Source: an uncultured Pelagibacteraceae bacterium
GTDB taxonomy: Bacteria > Pseudomonadota > Alphaproteobacteria > Pelagibacterales > Pelagibacteraceae
NCBI GenBank assembly: GCA_902575785.1
Contig: CACGSR010000004.1
Span: forward strand, 8,436-72,435
DNA length: 64,000 bases
Direction: 5' to 3'
This document shows positions 1 to 12,558 of the stretch, piece after piece; the stretch's first letter is position 1, and each line of letters begins with the position of its first letter. Made by a program: the position numbers and the translations under genes. Under the pieces are notes generated by a model. It saw nothing but the letters and a program-made list of their open reading frames with translations, searched no databases and had not been told where the DNA came from.

Positions 1-855
1 GCTAAATTACAATTAAATGATGCAAGTTTTTCATATGAAGCAGAGTCATCATCAGCTTTAGGATTAGGATTCAGATGTGGATTTTTAGGCCTTCTACATC
101 TTGAAATCATTACAGAAAGATTAGAAAGAGAGTTTGATGTAAACTTATTAACAACTACACCTGGAGTAGTTTATAAAGTTAACTTAAATAATGGTAAAAG
201 TATGGATTTACAAAATCCATCAACTCTTCCTGATCAAACAGTTATTAGTTCAATTGAAGAGCCTTGGATTAAAGCAACCATAATAACTCCAGATGAATAC
301 CTGGGTTCGATTATAAAATTATGTCAGGATAAAAGAGGAATTCAAACTAATCTTTCATATTCAGGTAATAGAGCTGTATTAAATTATGAACTGCCATTAA
401 ATGAGGTAGTTTTTGATTTTAATGACAGAATTAAATCTATGACAAGTGGTTATGCAAGTTTTGATTATGAAATTTTAGAGCATAGAGAAGGAGATTTAGT
501 AAAGCTTGGCATTTTAGTTAATAGTGAACCAGTTGATGCGCTTGCTATGATGATACATAAAGATTTTGCCCAAAAAACTGGAAGAGATGTTTGTGAAAAA
601 TTAAAAGATTTGATACCCAGACATAATTTTATGATTCCAGTTCAAGCTGCAATTGGTGGTAAAATTATTGCGAGAGAAACAATTAAGGGTTTTAAAAAAG
701 ATGTTCTTACAAAGATCCATGGTGGAGGAGCAACAGACAGAAAAAGAAAGCTTCTCGAAAAGCAAAAAAAAGGAAAGGCAAGATCAAAGCAATTTGGTAG
801 AGTAGAAATTCCCCAAGAGGCTTTTATTGGAGTTTTAAAGATTAATAAAGGCTAA
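1..855 (+). CDS. lepA: Elongation factor 4 (LepA), 5'-truncated by window
   Basis: Frame open from base 1 (LNDASFSYE...[19 protein letters not shown]...ERLEREF); C-terminal [10 protein letters not shown] and [13 protein letters not shown] motifs. Confidence 0.98.
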   Translation, partial: AKLQLNDASFSYEAESSSALGLGFRCGFLGLLHLEIITERLEREFDVNLLTTTPGVVYKVNLNNGKSMDLQNPSTLPDQTVISSIEEPWIKATIITPDEYLGSIIKLCQDKRGIQTNLSYSGNRAVLNYELPLNEVVFDFNDRIKSMTSGYASFDYEILEHREGDLVKLGILVNSEPVDALAMMIHKDFAQKTGRDVCEKLKDLIPRHNFMIPVQAAIGGKIIARETIKGFKKDVLTKIHGGGATDRKRKLLEKQKKGKARSKQFGRVEIPQEAFIGVLKINKG

Positions 856-860
856 AATAT

Positions 861-1670
861 ATGAGCAAAATAATTGATACTATCACGTTTTTTGATAACA
901 ATTTTATATTCGATTTTAGGTTCAATATTTTAGAAAAATATGTTGATAAGTTTGTGGTTTGTGAATCAACTTACGATCATAAAGGTATTAAAAAAGAGAT
1001 TAATTTTGATCCTGAAAATAAGTACAGATCTAACAAGAAAATATTGCATATTATATTAAAAGAACCTTTTCCTAAAAATACTAATGAATGGCAAAATCAG
1101 GCAATTCAGAGAGAATTTATACTCAAAAATTTGGATTTTACCTCAGACGATGATTATATAATGTTTTCTGACCCTGATGAAATTCCTCATCCAGAGGTAC
1201 TAGCAAAATTAAATTTAAAAAAAAAATTTGGGATTTTTAGTCAACTTTTTTTTAATTATAAATTTAATTTATTCAATCCTTATGAAACACCTTGGGAAGG
1301 GACCAGAGTTTGTAAAAAAAAAAATTTGAAATCAATTGAATATCTAAGAAATAATATTAAAGCTAAAAACTTGAAATATAACTTCCTTAGGTTTGATAAA
1401 GAGAGAAATATTGAAGTCTTTGAAAATGCAGGATGGCATTTTAACAATATAATGAGTCCTGAGCAAATTTCTTTAAAATTAAAAACATTTGCACATACAG
1501 AATTCAACTCAGAAGAATTTTACTCTGTAGAGAATATAAGAAGTAAAATTGATAAAAAAATTGACTTATTTAATAAAGGCCATAATTACAGAGTTGTTGA
1601 AATTGATGATAGATTTCCCGAATATTTACAAAAAAATAAGGAAAAATACAAAAGTTATATTACTGAATAA
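861..1670 (+). CDS. Glycosyltransferase family 17-like (beta-1,4-GlcNAc transferase-like)
   Basis: VDKFVVCES, QREFI, SDPDEIP (DxD), GWHF, KLKTFAHTE motifs typical of bacterial GT17-like proteins. Confidence 0.8.
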   Translation: MSKIIDTITFFDNNFIFDFRFNILEKYVDKFVVCESTYDHKGIKKEINFDPENKYRSNKKILHIILKEPFPKNTNEWQNQAIQREFILKNLDFTSDDDYIMFSDPDEIPHPEVLAKLNLKKKFGIFSQLFFNYKFNLFNPYETPWEGTRVCKKKNLKSIEYLRNNIKAKNLKYNFLRFDKERNIEVFENAGWHFNNIMSPEQISLKLKTFAHTEFNSEEFYSVENIRSKIDKKIDLFNKGHNYRVVEIDDRFPEYLQKNKEKYKSYITE

Positions 1671-1671
1671 A

Positions 1672-2481
1672 ATGAATGATTTAAAAATGTATTGCTTATC
1701 CCTGTCGCCATCAAATTTAAAGAGAATTAGAGAACTATATTATATTCCTGTTGGTTTGGGTCCAGAAAATTTTGGAAAAGAATGGACTAGAGATAATACT
1801 GGTATCAACATAAGTCAAAAAAATAAGTTTTATGGTGAAAATACTTTTCATTATTGGTTATGGAAAAATGATTTAAAAAAAAATTTTGACAGTAAGTGGA
1901 TTGGATTCTGTCATTATAGAAGATTTTGGGTAAAAGATTTAAATGAAAATAATTTTAAAGATTTAAAGAATTCCGTCATTCAAGATATTCCGAAAATATG
2001 GGAAGAACATGAAGTAATTCTAGGAAACGAATATTTTGTTGGTAAAACAAAGCTGAGTAAAGTTTTAAAACATGGCAGAAAAATACTTTTTAGAAATCCA
2101 TTTATTTTCTTCTCAAGAAAAAAAATGTCAATTAAAGTTCATTTTGATATGTATCACGGGTTTGGAAATCTTGATAAAGCAATAGATCTATTAGATGTGG
2201 AAAATAGAGAGGATTTTAGAAGTTTTGTTAATAAGGAGAATTCATTTAATCCATTTAATATGTTTATTTGTAATTCGCCAATATTATTAAACGATTATTA
2301 TAAATCTCTTTTTAATTGGTTAAAAAAATGTGAAACAATATTTGGTTTTAATTCTAATGCATCTTATGGATTGATAAGGATTTATGCTTTCTTAGGAGAA
2401 AGATATTTAAGCTACTGGTTTAAAAAAAATTCAAATTATATTTTGTGGCCTATAAAACACTATGATATTTCAAGTAATTAA
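1672..2481 (+). CDS. DUF4422-family polysaccharide biosynthesis protein
   Basis: RDNTGINISQKNKFYGE, YWLWKN, IGFCHYRR, FNMFI, RIYAFLGER; ATG at 1672 lies 1 nt after the upstream stop (ORF-track start 1549 is an overextension). Confidence 0.8.
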   Translation: MNDLKMYCLSLSPSNLKRIRELYYIPVGLGPENFGKEWTRDNTGINISQKNKFYGENTFHYWLWKNDLKKNFDSKWIGFCHYRRFWVKDLNENNFKDLKNSVIQDIPKIWEEHEVILGNEYFVGKTKLSKVLKHGRKILFRNPFIFFSRKKMSIKVHFDMYHGFGNLDKAIDLLDVENREDFRSFVNKENSFNPFNMFICNSPILLNDYYKSLFNWLKKCETIFGFNSNASYGLIRIYAFLGERYLSYWFKKNSNYILWPIKHYDISSN

Positions 2482-2485
2482 AATT

Positions 2486-3691
2486 TTATAGTTTTTTATT
2501 TTTAGCAAAGTTTAAAAAAGTTTTGTAAATATAATTTAGATTATCTTGTGTAAGACCTTGGTGACATCCTATTAAAATACCATTTTTCATTACATCGTTG
2601 GCTATATCTTCTGAATTTTTTTGTTTTTTATAAAATACATTTTTCATCACAGGTTGTTTAAGAATGTTACCTGTAAAAATAGTTCTAGTTTGAATATTTT
2701 TACTTTCAAAATAAATTTGGAGTTGTTTTCTATCAAATTTTTTATTTTCTTTTATTACTAAAGGAAAAGCAAGCCAAGGTGTATTAACAAAATCAAATTT
2801 TTCTGGAAGTTTAAAATAATTCTTAAAATTAGAGAATAATTTCTTTAAAGTTTCAAAATTTTTATTTCTGATGCTTATATTTTTTTTTAACTTTTTTATT
2901 TGTTCTAACGCAAAGGCAGCAGACATTTCTGAAGGTAAAAAATTGTAACCAAACTGGCTAAAAATATATTTCTTATCATAATTAATACCTGAAATTTTTA
3001 TATCGAATCTTTTTTTGGCACTTTCTGACTCATTAAATGTAGCAGAAGATCTTCCCCATCCTCTTAATAATTTTGCATATTCATATTGTTTGAAGTCATT
3101 AAAGCAAACAATTCCACCAAACCCTGCCCCACAAATGATATGTGACGCATAAAAACTATTTGTTACAATATCTGAGAGTTTTCCAGTATTTTTTTTTTTT
3201 ATCTTATAACCAATTGTATCTGCCGAGTCTTCAATAATATGTAATTTATTTTTTTTTGCAATTTTACTTATTTCAATCCAGTCAGGAATGTTACCTAAAA
3301 GATTTGGTATCATTATTGCAACAGTTTTTTTATTTATGGCTTTTTTTATTTGCTCAGGATCTGCAACAAATTTATTTTCCAAAACACCAACAAAATGAGG
3401 AACTAAACCTAATTGATAAATAGGTGCTATTGTTGTTGAAAATGTTAGGGTTGGAGTAATTACCTCACTACCTTTTTTTAATTTTAAAGAACTCAAAGCT
3501 AAAAGATTAGCTGAGGAACCAGAATTAACCATTAAACCAAATTTTTTTCCAAAAATTTTCGCAACTTCTCTCTCCAATTTTTTAACATATTTACCATCAA
3601 TTAGAGTTAAACTCTCATTTTTAAGAACTTTTAGGACTGCATTTATTTCTTTATTGTTGTAAACAGCTCTACCATAATAGATTTTTTGCAT
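2486..3691 (-). CDS. DegT/DnrJ/EryC1/StrS-family PLP enzyme, RfbH/ColD-like NDP-4-keto-6-deoxyhexose 3-dehydrase
   Basis: VNSGSSANLLAL, IEDSAD, SFYASH (His at the Schiff-base Lys position), GYNF, TRTIFTGNILKQP. Confidence 0.8.
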   Translation of the reverse strand: MQKIYYGRAVYNNKEINAVLKVLKNESLTLIDGKYVKKLEREVAKIFGKKFGLMVNSGSSANLLALSSLKLKKGSEVITPTLTFSTTIAPIYQLGLVPHFVGVLENKFVADPEQIKKAINKKTVAIMIPNLLGNIPDWIEISKIAKKNKLHIIEDSADTIGYKIKKKNTGKLSDIVTNSFYASHIICGAGFGGIVCFNDFKQYEYAKLLRGWGRSSATFNESESAKKRFDIKISGINYDKKYIFSQFGYNFLPSEMSAAFALEQIKKLKKNISIRNKNFETLKKLFSNFKNYFKLPEKFDFVNTPWLAFPLVIKENKKFDRKQLQIYFESKNIQTRTIFTGNILKQPVMKNVFYKKQKNSEDIANDVMKNGILIGCHQGLTQDNLNYIYKTFLNFAKNKKL

Positions 3692-3766
3692 GATAAATTT
3701 TCTATTTCATAAATAAACTACAATCAACTATAAAAGACTTGTATATTGTCACTCTTCTAAAAATTT

Positions 3767-3856
3767 GGAGAGGTGGCCGAGTGGTTTAAGGCGCACGCTT
3801 GGAAAGCGTGTAAAGGGGTGACTCTTTCATGGGTTCGAATCCCATCCTCTCCGCCA
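3767..3856 (+). tRNA. tRNA-Ser (GGA)
   Basis: GGAGAGG acceptor, anticodon arm CACGC-TTGGAAA-GCGTG, long variable arm, GGTTCGAATCCC T arm, encoded CCA. Confidence 0.97.
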
Positions 3857-3915
3857 TTTTTTTAATGTTATAAAAGTTTTTACAAAAGTGTAATGTTTGT
3901 TATTTTTAAAATATA

Positions 3916-5094
3916 ATGAAAAAATTTTTAGATTTAGGTCTTCAACCACTTGCAAACTCTTATATTTTAAAAAAAAATTTAAAATTAAAAGAAAAAAAAT
4001 TTCGTTTAGTTGTTGGCTTTGAAACTAAAAATTATCTTGTTTCAATTTTAAATACAGTAAGTAAAGAAAAAATGTTTAATAAAGATTATCCTTATAAATC
4101 CTCAGAGTCTAAAACTATGCGTTCTTCTTTCGCTAAGCTGGCAAAAAAATTAAAAGCTAAATTCAAACCAAAATTTAGTATTGAAATTGGAAGTAATGAT
4201 GGCACTTTTATTAAAAATTTCGATAAAGATAAAGTAGTAGGTGTTGAACCATGTAAAAATTTGGCACTTATAACAAAAAGAAAGAAATATAAAATTTACT
4301 CAAATTTTTGGAATATTGATTTAGCAAAGAAAATTACCAAGAAAATGAAAGCAGACCTAATTTATTCTGCAAATACTTTAAGCCATATAAAAAATTTTAA
4401 TGAAATTTTCAAAGCAATTAAATACGCCTTATCCAATAAAGGCATTCTTGTACTTGAGGATCCATCACTTTTAGAGTGTCTTAAAAAAACTGCTTATGAT
4501 CAATTTTATTGTGAACACTTATATGTTTTTTCAACTATTTCTTTACAAAAAATTTTAAATAAATTTGATTTAGAAATTTTTGATATTGAAAACGTTTCAA
4601 CTCATGGAGGTTCAAATAGATATTTTATTAAAAAAAAACAAAATAAAATTTATAATGTAAAAAAAAAGGTTAAAAATGAAATTAATAAAGAATTAAAATA
4701 TGGTTTAAACAATTTTTCTACCTATAAAAAATTTGCTAATAAAGTAAGGCTGTCAAAAATTCAATTACTCAATATTTTCAAGAAAGTAAAAAAACAAAAT
4801 AAAAAAATAATTGGATATGGAGCAACTGCAAAGTCATGCACAGTTTTAAATTATTGTGGAATTAATAATAAAGATATTGATTATTTTTATGATACGACCT
4901 CCTATAAAATTAATAAGTATTTACCAGGTTCAAAAATCAAAGTTAAGAAATATAAAAAATTAGATAGAAAAAAAATTGATTATGCTTTTTTGGGTGCTTG
5001 GAACTTTAAAAATGAAATTTTTAAAAAAGAAAAAAAATTTATTAAAGATGGCGGTAAATTTATAACCCATATTCCTTTCCCTATGATTTTATAA
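3916..5094 (+). CDS. NDP-sugar C-methyltransferase (class I SAM-dependent, TcaB9/NovU-like)
   Basis: FLDLGLQPLAN, EIGSNDG, ANTLSHI, YDQFYCEH, THGGSNR, GYGATAK, AWNFKNEI, GGKFITHIP. Confidence 0.88.
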   Translation: MKKFLDLGLQPLANSYILKKNLKLKEKKFRLVVGFETKNYLVSILNTVSKEKMFNKDYPYKSSESKTMRSSFAKLAKKLKAKFKPKFSIEIGSNDGTFIKNFDKDKVVGVEPCKNLALITKRKKYKIYSNFWNIDLAKKITKKMKADLIYSANTLSHIKNFNEIFKAIKYALSNKGILVLEDPSLLECLKKTAYDQFYCEHLYVFSTISLQKILNKFDLEIFDIENVSTHGGSNRYFIKKKQNKIYNVKKKVKNEINKELKYGLNNFSTYKKFANKVRLSKIQLLNIFKKVKKQNKKIIGYGATAKSCTVLNYCGINNKDIDYFYDTTSYKINKYLPGSKIKVKKYKKLDRKKIDYAFLGAWNFKNEIFKKEKKFIKDGGKFITHIPFPMIL

Positions 5095-5602
5095 ATTCTT
5101 CTAAATCCAATCCTTTTTTATCTTTTTTTGATAAGATTGGCTTTTTAATTGGCCATTTAATATTTAATCTTTTATCATTCCACTTAATTGTAGTTTCACT
5201 ATTTTTGTCTCTGTAATTAGTGCATTTGTAATAAACCGCACAGTTTTTTGATAAACATAAAAAGCCGTGGGCAAAGTTTTCAGGTATATAAATTGAAAAA
5301 TTTGAATTTTGAGAAATTTCTATTGCAAAATATTTACCAAAAGTCTTAGATTTTTTTCTTAAATCAACTACAACATCTAAAATTTTTCCATGAACAACAG
5401 TTATAATTTTTGCCTGACTTTTTTTTGTTTGGAGGTGAAGTCCTCGTAAAGTATTTTTTTTGGAATAAGAAAAACAATCAAAAACAAATTTTTTTTTTAA
5501 GATATTTTGTTTATCAACTTCTCTAAACAAACCTCTATTGTCTGAGAAAGTGGTTGATTTAATGAGAGTTAAATCTTTAATATATGTCTTAATTATTTTC
5601 AT
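5081..5602 (-). CDS. rmlC: dTDP-4-dehydrorhamnose 3,5-epimerase
   Basis: DNRGLF, TLRGLHLQ, DVVVDLR, FAHGF, WND, PILSKKD. Confidence 0.93.
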   Translation of the reverse strand: MKIIKTYIKDLTLIKSTTFSDNRGLFREVDKQNILKKKFVFDCFSYSKKNTLRGLHLQTKKSQAKIITVVHGKILDVVVDLRKKSKTFGKYFAIEISQNSNFSIYIPENFAHGFLCLSKNCAVYYKCTNYRDKNSETTIKWNDKRLNIKWPIKKPILSKKDKKGLDLEEFIKS

Positions 5603-6479
5603 TTAGAAATTTTTTTTGTATCAACTTTTCAACATTAATAGTGGGTTTCCAATTTGGCAATATTCTTAAAAAACTTTTTTGAGGTTTTAAACTAATGTTA
5701 CTTAAGAATTTGACTTTAATTTTTTTCTTTAATTTGTAATTAATCTTTGAGATCAATTTTTTTATATTAGTATTTTTTGTATATCTCAAACAATAGTTAC
5801 CATTATTTATTCGATTATTTAAAATTAAATGAACTGCATTCATTATATCAATCCTATGCAATATATTTAATTGTAAATTTTTTGAAATAACTTTTGTCGT
5901 TTTGTTAGTTCTAAAATTTTTAAAAATAGTAGGTATTAATTTGTTCCTTTTATCAGATTCAGCGAAGCTCTCGTAAAATTTTAAATTATAAAATTTCAAT
6001 TTTTTATTTTGGTAACAATAATAATTCGATATTGTCTCAAATGCAGATTTAGAAGATGCATAAAAATTTTTTGAAATATAATTATTTCCATCTGCGTGTT
6101 GCATCATAGTACCAAAATTGATAAATTTTTTAATTTTTTTAAAAACTAAATCTAAAATTATAGATGGGAATGTAATATTAGTCTCTAAAAATGAGGGAAT
6201 TTCTTTGTTATGGTGTGTGTTTTTATAAAATGTTGCAAAATGAATAAAATAATCAAATTTTTGATTTTTAAGTTTTTTTTCAAGATCTTTATATTTAGAA
6301 TAGTAAATTGATCTATAAGTTTTCGGAAATAGTTTTCTAATAGAATTTAAGTTTTTATTTTTTCTATTTTTCGATCTAAGAATATCAACAATATGATAAC
6401 CTTTCTTTAAGCCGTCTATTAAAAAAAAGTTTCCTAAGAATCCAGATGACCCAGTTATTAATATTATTTTTTTCTTCAA
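5589..6479 (-). CDS. Extended SDR NAD-dependent sugar epimerase/reductase (abequose/paratose synthase-like)
   Basis: ITGSSGFLG Rossmann motif, YASSK (YxxxK), glycan-cluster context. Confidence 0.75.
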   Translation of the reverse strand: MKKKIILITGSSGFLGNFFLIDGLKKGYHIVDILRSKNRKNKNLNSIRKLFPKTYRSIYYSKYKDLEKKLKNQKFDYFIHFATFYKNTHHNKEIPSFLETNITFPSIILDLVFKKIKKFINFGTMMQHADGNNYISKNFYASSKSAFETISNYYCYQNKKLKFYNLKFYESFAESDKRNKLIPTIFKNFRTNKTTKVISKNLQLNILHRIDIMNAVHLILNNRINNGNYCLRYTKNTNIKKLISKINYKLKKKIKVKFLSNISLKPQKSFLRILPNWKPTINVEKLIQKKFLNENN

Positions 6480-7342
6480 GATATTATTTTTTTGAGATAT
6501 TCACTATACTCGCAATTACCATAAAATTTTATGTTTTGCTTAATTTTGTTTTTATTAATCCATCCTTTCATTAAGGATATTTCTTCTAAACAAGCTATTT
6601 TTAAACCCTGAACTTTTTCTACTGATCGAACATAATTGGAAACGTTATTTAGATCTTCCATTTTTCCTGCATCTGACCAAATTGCACCCCTTCCTATTAA
6701 TTCATATTTTAACTTATTTTTTTTTTTATATTCTTTAATAAGATCTGTAATTTCAAGTTCACCTCTCTTAGATTTCTTTAATTTTCTTGTATATTCAGAA
6801 ACATTCTTATCAAAAAAATAAAGACCTGTAATAGCTTTATTAGATATAAATTTTTTTGGTTTTTCAATTATTTTTTCTATCTTATTTTTTTTTATTTTCG
6901 CTACTCCATAATTTTCTGGGCGAGACACCTCTTTTAAAAATATAGTTGCCCCATTTTTGTGAGTAAAAGATTTTTCTAGTTTTTTGGTTAAACTTTGCCC
7001 ATAAAAAAAATTGTCACCTAAAATTAATGCTACGTTATCTTTATTTATAAAATTTTTACCCAAGTTAAATGCGTCGGGCAAACCTCTAGGTTTGTCTTGA
7101 ATTTTATAGCTAATTTCAATGCCGTATTTTGAACCATTTCCCAATAAATTTTTAAAATTATCTATTTGGCCTGGATTAACTATCATTAAAATTTTTTTTA
7201 TATTTGAAAGCATCATGATTGAGAGTGGATAAAATATCATTGGCTTATCATTTATTGGCAATAATTGTTTATTAACAGACTTGGTTAAGGGACTAAGCCT
7301 AGTACCAGATCCACCAGCTAGAATAATACCTTTTTTGATCAT
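6476..7342 (-). CDS. rmlA: Glucose-1-phosphate thymidylyltransferase
   Basis: GIILAGGSGTRLSPLT, KQLLP, LILGDNFFYG, EKP, SKRGELEITD. Confidence 0.95.
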   Translation of the reverse strand: MIKKGIILAGGSGTRLSPLTKSVNKQLLPINDKPMIFYPLSIMMLSNIKKILMIVNPGQIDNFKNLLGNGSKYGIEISYKIQDKPRGLPDAFNLGKNFINKDNVALILGDNFFYGQSLTKKLEKSFTHKNGATIFLKEVSRPENYGVAKIKKNKIEKIIEKPKKFISNKAITGLYFFDKNVSEYTRKLKKSKRGELEITDLIKEYKKKNKLKYELIGRGAIWSDAGKMEDLNNVSNYVRSVEKVQGLKIACLEEISLMKGWINKNKIKQNIKFYGNCEYSEYLKKIIS

Positions 7343-7373
7343 TTTAGTTTATATTTAGACAACATATATATGA

Positions 7374-9482
<2,109 letters not shown>

Positions 9483-9484
9483 AA

Positions 9485-10765
9485 ATGAAGTTTTTTGAAA
9501 CTTCAAAATATTACTCTTTAAAAAAATCAACTTATATTTCACTCAGGTGGATTGGGATTATTGGACAACTAATATCAATTTATTTAGTTTATTTTTTTCT
9601 TAATTTTACTTTTGATTTTATTTACTCAAATATAGTTATCATTATAGGGATATTGAGTAACCTATATTTGACATACGTCTACAAAAAAACTCAGGTATCA
9701 GATCGAGCAGCTTTAATTTTTCTTCTCATAGATATTATCCAACTGGGAACATTAATTTATCTAACAGGTGGAGTATTAAATCCTTTTATTATATTTTTGA
9801 TAATACCAAGTATTTTTGCCTCATCAAACTTGGGTTTGAGAACAAATTTAACTCTAATTATAACGACAATATTTATAATTATTTTTCTGACCTTTTATTC
9901 TGAAGAATTACCTAAGCCTTTAAATAATCATTTTCATGTAAGTCCATATTATTATTATGCAATTCCTGTTGCCTTGATAATTGCTTTAATATTTTTAAAT
10001 CTATTTGCTATAATTTTTGGTTCTGAGTCTAGACTTAGAAAAGAAGCTTTACAGAAAATGGAGGAAGTAATGGCAAAAGAACACGAAATGTTATCTTTAG
10101 GAGGGCAAGCAGCTGCAGCAGCACATTCATTAGGCACTCCTCTTTCAACTATTAAAGTTATTACTCAAGAGCTATTAAAACAACTTAAAGATCAAAAAGA
10201 CATCATTCAGGATATTGAATTATTATCCAGCCAAGTTGAGAGGTGTAATCAAATTTTAAAGCGCCTTTCTTTAAATCCTATAGAAGAGGATGAATTTATT
10301 GATGATGATTTAACCATGAAAGATTATATAAAAGAAATAGTATTTTCATTTCAACAAACAAGCAATAAAGAATTCATTTTCAATTTTAATCAAGACTCAA
10401 ATTCTAAAAGAATTACTAAGTCTATCGAGATCGTATATGGATTAAGAAACTTTATTGGTAATGCAAACAAGTTTAGTAAGAATAAAGTATTTATAAGTTT
10501 AAAAAGTGATATGAATTTTACTGAAATAAATGTAGAGGATGATGGAGACGGTTATCCGTCTGATATTTTATCAAAAATCGGAGAACCTTATTTAAAAACA
10601 GTAAAAGACATAGATAAAGAAAAAATTGGTTTAGGGCTTGGTCTATTTATAGGCAAAACTTTATTGGAAAAAAATTTTGCAATTCTTACTTTCAGAAATT
10701 CCAAAACAAGGGGTGGTGCAGAAGTAAAAATAAAATGGAAGAATAATGATTTATTTAATCTTTAG
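9485..10765 (+). CDS. regB: RegB/PrrB/ActS redox sensor histidine kinase
   Basis: LRW N-terminus, TM helices with GGxxNPF quinone motif, [13 protein letters not shown]-box, conserved RC cysteine, DDGxG and GLGLGL boxes. Confidence 0.92.
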   Translation: MKFFETSKYYSLKKSTYISLRWIGIIGQLISIYLVYFFLNFTFDFIYSNIVIIIGILSNLYLTYVYKKTQVSDRAALIFLLIDIIQLGTLIYLTGGVLNPFIIFLIIPSIFASSNLGLRTNLTLIITTIFIIIFLTFYSEELPKPLNNHFHVSPYYYYAIPVALIIALIFLNLFAIIFGSESRLRKEALQKMEEVMAKEHEMLSLGGQAAAAAHSLGTPLSTIKVITQELLKQLKDQKDIIQDIELLSSQVERCNQILKRLSLNPIEEDEFIDDDLTMKDYIKEIVFSFQQTSNKEFIFNFNQDSNSKRITKSIEIVYGLRNFIGNANKFSKNKVFISLKSDMNFTEINVEDDGDGYPSDILSKIGEPYLKTVKDIDKEKIGLGLGLFIGKTLLEKNFAILTFRNSKTRGGAEVKIKWKNNDLFNL

Positions 10766-12558
10766 TTAAGTTTATTTTTTTTATCAAACATAGAGCTTAG
10801 TTGACCGATCATTACATCTCCTAGTTCATTAACATCTGTTATTTGAATTGCTTTGTTATAATATCTCGATACATCATGACCAATACCAATAGCTAATATT
10901 TCAATATCTGTCTGAGTTTCGATATATTTTACCATTTTTTTTAAATGTTTTTCTAAAAAATCTCCTGAATTAACTGATAAAGTTGAATCATCTACTGGTG
11001 CTCCGTCTGAAATAACCATTAATATTTTTCTTTCTTCCTTTCTCTTTTTAAGCCTGTTAAACGCCCAAGATATTGCCTCTCCATCTATATTTTCTTTTAG
11101 CAAACCTTCCTTTAACATTAAACCTAGATTATTTTTAGATTGTCTCCATTGAGTATCTGCACTTTTATAAATTATGTGTCTCAAATCATTTAGTCTCCCT
11201 GGAAATTTAGGTTTACTATTTTTACTCCAATTTTCTCTGGATTGACCGCCTTTCCAATTCTTTGTTGTAAAACCTAAAATTTCTACTTTTACAGAACATC
11301 GTTCAAGTGTTCTAGATAAAATATCTGCACAAATAGCAGCAATTGTAATTGGTCTTCCTCTCATGGATCCAGAATTGTCTATAAGCAAAGTTACAATAGT
11401 GTCTTTAAAGTCTAGATCTTTCTCTCTTTTAAACGATAAAGAATTGTAAGGATCCATTATAATTCGGGGTAATTTTGAACTGTCGAGTAATCCTTCTTCT
11501 AAATCAAATTCCCACGATCTATTCTGTTTCGCCAATAACTGTCTTTGAAGTTTGTTAGAAAGCTTGGTGATTAAATCCTGAAAACCAATTAATTGTTGAT
11601 CCAACGTTTTTCTAAGTTTACTCGCTTCATCTGCATTCTCTAATTTTTCTGCTTTGATTACTTGATCAAATTGACTTGTAAATATTTTATAATCTAAATC
11701 ATTTGGATTTACTTTTTTTTGAATGATTTGTTCAGAGTTTTGCTCATTTGTATCATTATCTGGAAGTTGTTCGTCTAAATTATATTCATCAACATTGTAA
11801 TCAGCATCTAGACTTGCTTGAGTTTGTTGATCGTTATTATCATCTCTTTTATCTTCTTGATCTTGATTTTGGTCTTCATTCGATGGATCGTCTTTTCCAT
11901 TTTCTTGATTTTTATCTTCTTTTTCATCATTGTCATCTTGAAAAATATTCATTTCATCTAAAATTTCTGAAAATTTTGAATTATATACAATTTGATTTTC
12001 TAAATTTTCCTCTAGAAATTTTTTATGTTTAAGAATTGATTTTTCAAAATCTTTTTCCCAAAAACTTAAGATTTTTGTTGTTAAAGAATTTAAACGTATT
12101 TGATGAAAATTTTTTAACATATAAAGTTCAAAGGCCTCTGCGACTGAAACATCTTCTTTTGATTTAAGCTGATCTTTCCTTTTTAAATTAATTATTTGAT
12201 CATAATTTTGAGAAAGATTTTTTTTAATACCCTTAAGCATCTTGCCACCCAACAACTCATATCTTATTTTTTCAGCGATGTTATAAAGTGATCTTGATGA
12301 ATTGTTAGTTGGGAGATTTTTTTTATATATTTCTTCATTAGAAAACCTTATTTTTAATGCAGCTGAGTCAGTTTCAGCACGAAGTTTAATAAAATCTGAT
12401 GGTTTTTCTATTTCATTAATCTCTATTTTATTAAAGTCTTTTAAATCCCCATGTTTTGGTAATTTTTTTTTTAATATAAAATCATCCGAAATTACTTTTG
12501 CAGTAGAAGTTAGTGCAACTTTAAATTTTTCTTTTAAACTAGAAATTTTATTACTCAT
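10762..12558 (-). CDS. cobT: CobT-family protein (C-terminal vWA)
   Basis: [60 protein letters not shown]. Confidence 0.93.
   Translation of the reverse strand: MSNKISSLKEKFKVALTSTAKVISDDFILKKKLPKHGDLKDFNKIEINEIEKPSDFIKLRAETDSAALKIRFSNEEIYKKNLPTNNSSRSLYNIAEKIRYELLGGKMLKGIKKNLSQNYDQIINLKRKDQLKSKEDVSVAEAFELYMLKNFHQIRLNSLTTKILSFWEKDFEKSILKHKKFLEENLENQIVYNSKFSEILDEMNIFQDDNDEKEDKNQENGKDDPSNEDQNQDQEDKRDDNNDQQTQASLDADYNVDEYNLDEQLPDNDTNEQNSEQIIQKKVNPNDLDYKIFTSQFDQVIKAEKLENADEASKLRKTLDQQLIGFQDLITKLSNKLQRQLLAKQNRSWEFDLEEGLLDSSKLPRIIMDPYNSLSFKREKDLDFKDTIVTLLIDNSGSMRGRPITIAAICADILSRTLERCSVKVEILGFTTKNWKGGQSRENWSKNSKPKFPGRLNDLRHIIYKSADTQWRQSKNNLGLMLKEGLLKENIDGEAISWAFNRLKKRKEERKILMVISDGAPVDDSTLSVNSGDFLEKHLKKMVKYIETQTDIEILAIGIGHDVSRYYNKAIQITDVNELGDVMIGQLSSMFDKKNKLN

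Noticed and set aside
1549-1671. Long overlap between the GT17-like and DUF4422 genes
   Set aside because: Artefact of an upstream TTG; ATG 1672 follows the upstream stop. The same applies to the 38772 start of the nuclease
1217-3200. Homopolymer tracts (A10, A11, T12) in glycan genes as phase-variation switches
   Set aside because: All are in frame as Lys runs, and similar tracts occur in housekeeping genes of this AT-rich genome
3767-7342. Integrative element at tRNA-Ser (or at tRNA-Thr, -Phe, -His)
   Set aside because: No integrase, and I saw no duplicated tRNA 3' end (att site) by eye
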